Origin: Bugula neritina
Taxonomy: Eukaryota > Animalia > Bryozoa
NCBI GenBank assembly: GCA_964035545.1
Contig: OZ037768.1
Coordinates: 20,257,700 to 20,321,699 of the forward strand
Direction of reading: 5' to 3'
Length of the DNA stretch: 64,000 bases
The notes beneath the pieces are model-generated. The model made no database searches and had not been told where the DNA came from. It saw only the letters and a list, made by a program, of their open reading frames with translations. Shown one piece after another: positions 38,754 to 50,700 of this stretch (position 1 is its first letter; each line of letters starts with the position of its first letter). Both the position numbers and the translations under genes were made by a program.

Positions 38754-41700
38754 ATGACAGACTTTTCTCGCAATCAACTCACATCTACAACAAAACTGAA
38801 AAGCAACCAGGTAGACCGATGGGTGATTCCAAACGACAGACAGCTCTCTCTGCGAGCCAGGTAAATTCTTGTTAGTATATGAACTTTAAACTTGTGCGTC
38901 TAAAATAACATTCACACCAACGCCAAGTGTTTAAAAAGATTCCAAGACCTTTGATGTTTTTGATTATTAAAAAGCTGGGGACTTGCAGCTTCATGTAGTC
39001 GAATCACAACACTGTAGGCACCACATGGAAGTAGAGCTGCGTCTAATCCTGCTATTGAAATCTATATACTCAGATACAGATCTGTATTTCATAATACATC
39101 TTATTTTATAACCAGTAAAAATAAGTCTTAAGCCTTGCAGTGCTGGTGCAAAGATTAATTTAAGTTAGCTTTTACTCTACTTTGAAGCGCCACCTAATTG
39201 ATGCTAGAGACACAAGGCTACACTGATAGTGGTGTGTGTTTCAAAGGTTAAATCGAGAACATATTATACATGCAGGCTACCATCAGAACGATGCACATTG
39301 TGGATTCCTTTTTCGGCATTCTTCCAATTCTTTTCTCATATGACACATTTATTCATTGCGACTATACAAGAGGAAAAATAGTAAGAGTAGCCTGTGAAAA
39401 AGATGCCTCAGTCAAGAAGGATGTAAAAGTCAGACTCATAATAATTTAAGGGGAAGGGAAATGTCGGTGATTTACAATGTTTCTAGTGAGTGACTGCTAT
39501 TGGAATTATCACTGGCTGTTGGTTTCTCAGTTTGCAGCTCATATGAAGTGTGCAGAGAAAATTATTGTAGTTTTACGTTAGATTGTACAATTTGGGGACA
39601 GTTGAAAAAACTCACGCAAGTTTATAGTCACCATCCTTGTAAAAAAAACCCTGATGGAAAGGGTTTTGTATTAAATAGGGCTAAGAACTTATTCATACTT
39701 GACACAGGAGCAATTATTAATGGATACTCTTCCTAACATCACCAAAGGTCTTTATCTGGACTCGAACCCATGACTTCTGCTTACGAAGCAAAAGCTCTAA
39801 CCTCTAGACCACAGCTGCAATTTGGGAGACAGTTATTGAGGTTAAAACTCCAGATAAATGCTCATTGATTTTACATTCCAACTCTGTACTTGCATTGCTC
39901 TCACATAAAGCTAGATGACCCTTGAATGAATGTAGAGCACTCCTTAATGTCTTGTGTCCATTTACATTCAAGGGTATTACTCTGTACATAGCCGGTTGAC
40001 TTAGGTGGATGCCACAATACACTTGTACCATTATCTAAATATGCTCACATATCTTGCTACATGCGCCATGTACAAGCATGACTACCACATATAGGAAGTA
40101 GGCTGGGTGTGTGGTGTTTAGCCAAGGTGACCAACAATGTTGGCTACGGCAGCTATCACAAATACTTCACTGAAGTGCTGCCAGTAGACTAAGATAGGCT
40201 TACCTAATCACTCAGTCACCAAGTTGTATTTACAATATTGAGTTTTATGAGGGTGTTATGTGCACACCTGAGAGGTTTATTGCAGCTGCTTTGTATATTA
40301 TAACTACTTGACCAACTGGTGGGGCTCTTCAATCTCCTTCAAACTTACAAAATCTGCGTGATTTATGAATTCAAGTGTTTCCCTCAAGCTGTGCTCTACC
40401 GTCTACCAAATTATATGATATACTCTATTTTTATCGTCTCCGGTATTTTCCAATTTTTCACTGAGATTTTCAAAACAAAACCCTGTTTCTATCCCTAATT
40501 TTAAAATAAGTAGTTTTATCAACAATTTGAATCTGTTTTATGCACAACTTATGCTTCATCCAATGTTTACTATCTTTCCTTGACATGTTTTGGTTAACAG
40601 CTTGATTAGCTTTACTGACTGCATACTTAACCATTAGTTGTGGGGTTTGTGGTTCATTCTAGATTGGGTACGGGGTGGTCGGTGCGTACCAACATTTCCA
40701 GTAGCCCCTCGGCCACGGGCACTCAGTACACGCCCCTCAGTCCTGAAGAGCTGCACCACATCCGCAGTGTAGTACACAGAGCCAGTTGCATGGAGAACCA
40801 GGAGCAGCAGAGAATCAGGTATATTACTGTATCTCTCTGTGATGGGGTTATTATATGGAGTACTCTGTATGACTATGTAGTGTATACTTATTATGGTGTG
40901 GGTCATTTTATTTAATTTAGTACACACTGGAAATCTCCAGTTTTTAGCTATTTTTTTACAATTTAGCTGCTAATGAACATGGGTTTTTGCCCAAAACTAG
41001 TAAAGTATCAATAAATACACCTAAATAATCATAGTTCATTTTAATTTTGCTTGATTTCCCATGTCGTGCATTTATATAGTAACAATATTTAATGTATAGT
41101 GATGTAGCACATTTATATGATTATAATATGTGTTAACATATGGTAATATAGTGTGTTTATATGATGATACAGTGTGTTAGTTAACCAGTACCAGTGTCTA
41201 GAATCCAGCTGCAAGAGAAACAGCAATAAGGAGAGTTGCTATGTATGTGGTACAAAGTTTCCGGCACTCAACTGGAAGTCAAGGAACTGTCACAACTGTG
41301 AAAGGGTAGGTGCTGTCTCGTGGTTTCATTGTACATGTGAAAAGATACCATTTTGTTTTGTTTTACCGTTTCAAACATTAATTATAACTGTTATGTTAGA
41401 TAGTTAATAATTATTTATTTGTAATTTGTGTATGTTCAAGTTTAATCTAAAGAAGTGGTGTAATTATAGTACCCCTTTTAGGAGTTATCTTTCCATCTAC
41501 TGGTGGATATTTCTAATAAAAGACTGATTATTATGCCATATTCACGAACCTAGCAGGCAGCTTTAAGCTACAGTGTTACTGCAAGCTTTTTTGACAAGAT
41601 AATTTCTTTTCTTCTTAAAAACGTTTTCTCCCACATATTACATCTTGTTGCATAATGAGATAATGATTCTATTTAGTATGTTTTCTATAAAAATAAATTC

Positions 41701-44700
41701 ACTGTAGGAGGTGTGTCTGAACTGTGTGATAGAAATAAGGAAAATGAAGAAAAACAAGCTAATTATATGCAACCTGTGCAATGAAAGGAGAGAGGTAAGA
41801 ACTCGTATACTGTTGGTGCATTTTCTCATTCATATCAGTACTATATCACAATATAAAATGTAAATGTGGGAGGTATGTGTAGAATGTAGATAAGTATGAA
41901 AAGTACACATATGAAGACGTGTCTATCAAACTTTAACATTTCTAGCGTTTAAGTACAGCAGTGAAATTTATTAATTAAAATATAATAATTTAATATTCAT
42001 TGATCATTTAAGCAACACAATAATTTTTGCAACAGTCTGCATGGAGGTATCAATTTTGATGCATTAATTTTTTTATTCTGTTGCATTTTCAAAATGCAGA
42101 GTTTTATATGAAATCATGCACTTATTTAAACTGCTAATGGAACTTGTTCAGTTCTCAACGCGACCTCTTCTCTCAGCACGACCTCTTCTCACAACACGAC
42201 CTCTTCTCTTATATTTCAGTTGTGGAAAAAGTCGTCTGCGTGGTATTTTGGAGATATTCCTTTTTGTATTGAGAACACGAGTTCTCCTTTTTCGTCTCAA
42301 ACGGGGCCCATCTCAGACCCCCTTCCCAGCTCTCAGCCCTTAGATATTCCAGGCCACGAGCTATCCTCAGATGCTGATGGCTCGTGTCAAGGTCAACAGA
42401 GAGATATAAAGATTGTGAGGTGTAAGCCAGGTGAGTTTGTAGTGTGTACCTTTCAGTACAGGTAGTTTCTCTTATGTACGTCTTTCACAGTTAAGTTGAA
42501 GCTTATTGGTATAGTGTACAGTTATACCTTAGTGAAAAGCTTTTTGAAGAAACACTGTGCAATATATAACAAATACACTATAAAGAAATATGCCTTTTTA
42601 GATTCATCCATGTTCTCTGCAATACAATTAACTCTATGTTGAGTCAATGCAGAAATTTTAAGTTTTGAAAAAGTATAAATAAGCACCTTGAAACTTTTAT
42701 TACTCAGAAAAGCACATTTTTGTTAGCAGAAGTTGGAATATTATATTCTTATTGGGATGTGTTATATTTATGGTGGAAATCTTTGACTTGCTCTGTTTCG
42801 TGTCGAAGTTATTTTCTCCTGCTTCAAAGATAAATGCCAGCTGAATGTACTGTATTATTAGAAGCTTTCATTCTGCATTCAATGGTTATTTCTGGTTGCA
42901 GATTCGGCAGAACACGACTCCGATTCAGACACAGATGCCGAGAGTATCCACAGCACAGGCACTGCGAGTTACAGCGGCTCTTTGCGGAGGTTCAAAAGAG
43001 GTGGGGTTTACTCACTCTTGCCTAGTGATGTAACGCTTTTACTGGAATATGTAAATAGACTTTGGTTAAGTTGTGAGGGAGTGTAGTGTTCAAGTGTAGA
43101 ATTTGTGTTGGTGTTGCTGTGGTGTAGGTAGTGTGGTATAAGTAGTGTGGTATAGGTAGTGTGGTATAGGTAGTGTGGTATAGGTAGTGTGGTATAGGTA
43201 GTGTGGTATAGGTAGTGTGGTATAGGTAGTGTGGTATAGGTAGTGTGGTATAGTGTGGTATAGGTAGTGTGGTATAGGTATTGTGGTATAGGTAGTGTGG
43301 TATAGGTATTGTGGTATAAGTAGTGTGGTATAGGTAGTGTGGTATAAGTAGTGTGGTATAGGTAGTGTGGTACAGGTATTGCATCCCTGAAATCTACTCT
43401 GTTTGTCTTATGTATATATGCAGTGTTTGTACTTTGTGCCTTCCATGCAGCTCATACCTGTATATCTTGTGTCCTTTAAGTCTTATGGTGCTGCCTTGTT
43501 TCTATCTGTCTATTATATATATAGTTTAATTGTTAATAACAAGATGCTCTTCTGCTAATACCTCAGGTGACAGTGAAGATATGCTAGTACACAGAATAAT
43601 ATTATTAAATTCTCTCAAAAGTTCTTGAAAATTTTACAGTGGTGTCATTCAAAAACATTCTGCTCAAATTGTATGAATAAAAAGTCATTGCTTGATTTCT
43701 ACCATTGAAAAACTTTGGAAAAATTATATTTAAAATGTTTTTATCTGATTCCATACTTAGAGATGTTAGTATTGGCTATTCTTGTTCGTAGTCGAGGCAG
43801 ATACAGTGAGTTTAGATTCCCAGCCAATCAAAGACAAGAGTGTGGACAGTTTCGCCGCCCCAACCAATGAGGAGTCTGCAACTGAGAGTCTGCAGGACCT
43901 GAGGCTAATGTCCTTTCAACCAGAAGGCAGCAGTGGTTAGTAGTGATTCCACTTACCACATTTTATATTTATCTCGGCATTCATCACTGCATGTAAATTG
44001 TTACCATTAGTTGTATGGAATTTAAACATACATACATATAATATATTTAAAGAATAGTGAATTATGAGAGTGCAGAAAATGAAAGGAAGTTTTATAAACA
44101 TAATTCTTTATGAAATGCCTAGTGCTGAATGATATTTATATACATTATATTCAGTTTGAGGTACTTTCAAAATGTCTTTGGAAAGTTTTACTAATGCACT
44201 GCTGCTACCATCAGGCCACAGTAGTCCTGCACTAAATAAACGCCGAGGAGTTGTGTCCTTTCACCCCGACACGGTGTCTCAGAAGAGTGATGGTTTTGAG
44301 ATGACGGTGAGAAGCAATCCATTTAATGAGGGAATTCCCAGATGTATTTCCATTCCAAACGCTGATCTCAAAGACATAGAGTATTACGAGGAAGTGGATA
44401 CGGATTGTAAGTTGAGTGTCAGAGAAAGTAGTTCAAGTTTCATATTCACTTGTTAATCGTGTGCTATATGCTCTGCAATAGATGTTATAATGTGTTATAC
44501 GGTAAATCATGAATTATATTCAAGGAAAGTCTCATATTACCCCACGCACACACACACACACACACACAACATGCACTCACAGCACACACTCACACACAAA
44601 CACGCACACACAAACACGCACGCACAAACACGCAACATGCACAAACACGCAACATGCACTCACAGCACACACTCACACATACACACACACGAACACACGC

Positions 44701-47700
44701 ACACACACGAACACACACACTGTAGCTCCTTGTAGCTGCCTCATGTTGTTCATATATGTATTGTAGCTCCCTACGAAGGCCTCTTATTATTCATGTATAT
44801 TGCAGCTCCCTACGGCAGCCTCATATTCACTTTGTTCTATCAAGAGCTTGAAGAGTTGCTGGAGATTGAAGTACTAGGAGCTCAGGTAGAGTTATATTAC
44901 ACTCTAGTCATAGTTTAATACAACAAATTAGCCATTCTCTAGATTTCCCAGAATGCAACTGCTAGTTTGTTTTTATTATTATTTTCTGATACAAGACAGA
45001 ACTTTTTTGTCTGGTCGATCCTTTATTTGAAGAGCTTATGAATTGTAATCATTTAACTGACTGTTAAACATTTGATGCAAAGTTAATACACTATTCACTA
45101 CTTATATGCCTCTGCCTTGTCTCATGCTATGGTTTTGACTACAACATCTCATTTTTTCTCTTTTTCATTTGTTTTACCTGCTTTTCTCTGGAACACACTA
45201 GACATTGGAATAGGCGTTTTGGTTTGTATGTTTCTAGACAAAGTTGCTGTCAACTTGTGTGGCCTGTGTATAACTAGCTAGGCTATAGTGCATTGAGCTT
45301 TGTTGTCATCTCTGTATGTGTAATGCTTTTCTAAATACAATGTTAATGAAATAAAACAAACATTGTGTATTTACTGCTAGCAGAAACTTGCGTCTTAGCA
45401 ATGCAAGCCTACTTATGAGATAATCTTACAAGGATCTTGTGTAACAGGTACATTGAGTGTCATACACTTTATTTTTGGTCATTGCTAAGGAAATTCATAT
45501 TTGTGACCAACTAGTATTTGTGCAACAGAGCCCCAGGTCTACCAGATAAGGTTTCACACATACTGTAGGTAGTTTGCTTCCTATTTTGTAGCATTTACCT
45601 GACATTGGATCTGCGTGCAACCCTTACGTATCCGTCAACCTTGCACCAAGTATTGGCAATGTAAGTGACTCATGTACCTTATGAGTACCCCATGCACTTT
45701 ATCAAATTCTGGATATTTCAACTCACAAATTCTATACGAACAGTGTTCATATGATATAAACTATCAACTTTTTACAAATTTTTGAAAAAATTCAAAACTT
45801 TGTTTATGAGGGTTTGTGTTGTTTGAAACTCGTTGGATTATCTTACAGTCACGCACACAGAGAACGCACGCAGAAACTAACACATTCACACCAAAATGGA
45901 AGCAAAAGATTTCGTATTTCGCACTTCCTGTGGATGAACTTCTCTTCAAATCTCTAGTGTAAGTGATGAGGTACTCTATGACAAATCTAACTAACCTGGG
46001 CGTGTAGTCTATACATTGACACCGTAATGACTGTATCGGTTTGTGTTTGTGTCTGGTTGCAAGATATGCTTTAACTACTAGCCAACTTGGCAACAGGTTT
46101 TCGAGTTTATTAACTGTCAAATCGTACCCTATAAAATGGGAAACATTAGAAATTGTATAAATAAGTAGTCACAATATAAATCAAAATTCAGAGGAACACT
46201 ATGAATATTACAGAACCAAAAAAATTGACATGAACTATTATAATTCTAATAAACTTACAATATTGATGCGTGGATAAAAATCTTAGCCATCACAATGCCG
46301 AAACCGATAGTTTATTCATACAAAGAGTGTAAATATGGCGGTTTGATCATGATACACTGACTCATGCAGTACAGTGAATGAACTAGCTCTGCCAGCTAAT
46401 AGTAGCTTTGGTGAAAGCTTTTGAAGCTTGAAAGCTTTAATGATTGGCTGCCTGCCAATACTTCTGGGTGGCATACCAATACATCGGTGGGGTCGAATTG
46501 TTTGGCAGATACTATTCTGACAAATATTGATAAATTATGTAAATCAAAACAGACAAAACAAACAAAACAAAATAGGATCAGTCACAGACCATGAAATTCT
46601 TGCACCAATCCGCTGATCCCTCCGCGCACCAGCCCGTCCCCCGGAAAACGGATGAATGCGGACCCCCTCCAGCGACACGAGCGTACACGCGGCCAAGACG
46701 GTAGATCAGTCATTTATGGGTTCACCTCAGTTAATAAAGCCAACTTATGCACGCTGCGGGTTATGATAGTGTCTTTACAGCCTACATAGTCCCTCAGTTT
46801 TCCTGCTACCTTATAGTTTGGTCTGCCGTAAATCTGTTTTTCTCCTCTCACAATATACGGACCAAAAAGATCTATCATTACATTGTTGAATGGCGGTCCG
46901 ATCGTTAGTCGTTCTGTAGGTAGACTTCCCATCAGTTGATCAGTAAAGCGAGGTTGTTTGAGTCGACACATTTGGCATGATGTTACAATGCCCCTAGCAA
47001 CTTTAGATCCCTGCATAGTCCAAAACTCTTCTCGGAATCTTGCGAGTGTTGCATCTCGGCCACGGTGATAGCTGTCTGTATGTGCCTGCCGCATTGCCAA
47101 GTAGGTAAAGTAGTGAGTGGTGGGAAGGATTGATTGCGTGTGCGTTTTAATCGCTGTCATGGGGTTATGCCTTAGGAGTCTACTGCCTACTATCCATACT
47201 CCACTCTCTGTCTTAATGGGGTGAAGTCTTGTGTATTTCCCTTTAATCTTGTTCAACTCAGAATCTATAGTGCGTTGTACCTGCTTCAGTAAGTAGAGTT
47301 TGGTCTGCCGTAGATCTGTCACGGTGACGAGATCAGGTTGGATTCCCTTAAAACTTTTGTACTTGAAGACGTTGCGAACTCGAGCTATTGTCCATGTTAG
47401 ACTCTTAAGGCTGCTGAAATTTTCATATTTAATAAATGATTGGACTTCTGTTGATGCAGTGACGGTGTAAACTAATTTCTTCTCTCCAAAGACAAGCTCA
47501 TTCGAGTCAGATGGCGATTTTATATCCCATTGATCCTCAGGCAGATAGAGAAAATTTGGGCCTCTCCACCATTCACTCGCAGGTCCAATGTCATTGACAG
47601 GCTTCCCTCTTGTAAGCCAATCTGCTGTGTTTTCCTTGCCACTTACCCAGTGCCAGCCGCTCATATCTCCATTGGTTGCTCCCTGAATTTCTCCAACACG

Positions 47701-50700
47701 TACACCCTCGTAAACATGAAACCTTGTTGACTTCTTTTGGAGCATCTTGAGCACTGTTTCAGAATCTATAAGCTGATAAACTTTCTCAAACTCATGGCGC
47801 ATTTCAGTCTCGATAACTCGCCTGCCTCTCTTAGACAATACGGCCGCATTGAGTTCTAGTTGAGGAATCTTGAGTTGTTGTTTCATGGGTGCTATACGAC
47901 ATTTAGCAGTAGCTTTGTTTACCCCTTTAGCGGCCACTTTAGATCCTGCCCTCTCATTGTCCAAGACAGGCGTGGATTGTGTGATAGAGGTACTGCTAGT
48001 AAATTCATACTTTCTTTTAATCTCTATAGACATGGTCGTAGAGTCATTGATTTCTAAAGATTTGTTCAACTGTCCAGAACCGATTTGTTCTGCAGACTCA
48101 GTGACTGGGTCTCCCGGGCTCTGTAGCGGGTCGGAGTCATCGGCTAACTCAATCGTACAACATTCAGTGGCTATAGTATGTGATTCACCACAATCTATAA
48201 TAGTCTGAGGTCTTGAAAATGACTTTGTAAACTGACTGGGAGATGCGTCGGGACTATTGACACTGTAGGCTGGCGAAGAAACTGTAGACAAGTCCAAATC
48301 GCAACTGTTAAGCGTGTCATTGTGAATTCTTTGAGAAAATTCGACTTCCTCTAACTTCTCGTGCATCATGGTAGCCTGTACATGGAAAGATGAGGATGGA
48401 AGTGTAGAAAAGTTGCTAAGGGCCGGGTGTGATCCCTGAACACACAGTCCAAAGGGTCCGGAATACACATAGAGGTGCGGTCCTGCTTGATCAACTTGGT
48501 GTTTTGGATGCAATCCAAGAAGATCGTTACCAATTAGCAGGTCGATAGGTCCCGTCTTCTTCAATAGCTTGCTAGTGTCTATTTTTGGGAAGAGAGATCC
48601 GAGGATGTTTGCATCAAGTGGCCTGTTGATAGCCCCTGTGAGTTTCCGAAGGCTGTAAGCTAAAATCGCAAAGGTCCTTCCCTTTGGAGTTTGTAACTTT
48701 ACTTCATAAATAGTAGAAGTTTCGCTAACTTCATGTTCACCAAGTGTGTTCATTTCCAAATTCACCTTATCTATTTGTCGCGCACCCCACGCTTTAGCCG
48801 CTCTCTCCGATATGAATGAAGCATTGGATCCGCCGTCAAAGAATATAATAGCTGTATGAGATGTACCCACTACTTGGGCCTGCTGAATGGCAAATACTGT
48901 AGCATTTCCTGGATGATTGTGCGCTCCATGATTGGGAGACACACGTACCGTGGTGCTAACAGCAGACGCTTCAGAATTCTCGTTACTCTTGTGCTTAATT
49001 TGATCAGCTTTTACTTTATTCTTGTTGGTATTACAATTGGTATGTGTATTAGTTTCAGCTGATTTGATACACAATAATACATGGTGGGTTGTTTTATCAC
49101 AGACTGGACAAGGGGTTCGGAAATTTGGACAGCATTTAGGCTCATGAGTGCTCAAGCACCTAACACATAGAGAATTAGTTTTTATTAACTTGTATCTTTC
49201 ATCTACAGACAACGCCAAGAAATTTCTGCACTCAACAAGACAATGACGCTCACTGCGATGAATAAAACAGTAATTCTTACTATCAATGATTTTGCTATTA
49301 TTAGTAGGCCTGTTACTACTAGACTTTGGGCCACTACTTTCAGTGTGGAACCCTTTCACCTTCTGTTTATGCATACTGGAGGACTGCGGGTTTACAGTTT
49401 CTATACGTCTGAGGGCTATCTGCCGTTCCTGCTCTAGAAACCTCATGAGGTGTGGGAATGGCTTGATTCTCTCCTCGTGAGTAAGTATGTGAAAGTGTCT
49501 ATCCCAGTCCCGTCTAATGCTTGTAGGTAATAGGTTTGCAAGAGTATCGACTTGTGGCAGCGTAACAGTTTGCAAAAGTCCCACTTCACCGAGTTGGCTG
49601 TACGAACTTTCCACTGCATTGGCCATTTTGACGAGTTCTCGTGCATTTCCTTCCCTTACTGGCTTTAGTTCTTGTAGATTGTTGAAGACTGCTTGCACAC
49701 TCATGCTAGGATCATTGTAGACCTCTTCTAATCTACACATCATTCTCTCGTAAGCTTGAGGCTGAGTTGCGAAGATTGGCTGAACCATCTCCAGAGCTTC
49801 GCCTGTGAGAAATTTTTTTAATTCGCAAGCCCTATCGACATCATCGTAAAACATAGTGGCATATCTTAGCCATACTGACCTAAATTCCAGCCAATGGTAT
49901 CTGGTGCCGTTAAATGGCTTGGGTTGTGAATGAGTTTTATGTATAGATGAATTGAAGTTATTTCCACCTGTAAGTCTAGAGTCATAACTTATTTGACTAG
50001 TTCCATTAGGGTAGCTATCATATGCATCGACAACCGAGGAAGTTGCGCCGCGAATGAAAGATTCAGAATGAGCTGCACGATCAGGACTACCATGTAGATC
50101 ACGTACTGAGAATGTAGAAGAACGAACATCTCTGACATTGGTACTTGCTATGACACCTGGATTTGATGCCAAAGCTTCACCGGATGTGTGATCTTCCCGT
50201 AGTACCTGTCTATCACTACCACTTGCTGTGATACCTGGATTTGGTGCAAGAGTAGCCTCATGTGTGCTAGGCTGTGATCTAGGAGGAAACAACCGACTCG
50301 ACGCGACCATAGTCGGTGCATGACTCGCGCCGTCTGAAGGTGACCCCCCACCCACACCGCTCTCCGCGAGACCGGACCGGACCACGAACGAATCAGATTC
50401 ACGGTGTTCGAAATTCATGCTCTGTGACTGAGCCCTTGACATAAGAGTAAACTTAGACATACAATAATCTAAAGATAAAATAACTTCATCTAGTTTTAAT
50501 AATAAATCAGAAAAACCTATGGTATCTGCCAAACTTTCTGAAAGAGCTACACATTTCTTATGATGTTCAGTGATAAGAGTATTGTCAGTACAATCAGCAA
50601 CTAATCCATTGGCTTTCTTAATTGCTAAAATAAGGCTGTGCTTGATTTTATAGAATTTGCTATGCCAAGTATTACAGTCAGAAATAGCTTTGTCATAACT

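Noticed and set aside
38675-38875. ORF-track frame (MGDSKRQ...) as the rabphilin start
   Set aside because: The frame starting at ATG 38754 gives the conserved WVIPNDRQLSLRA motif and the correct phase for exon 2.
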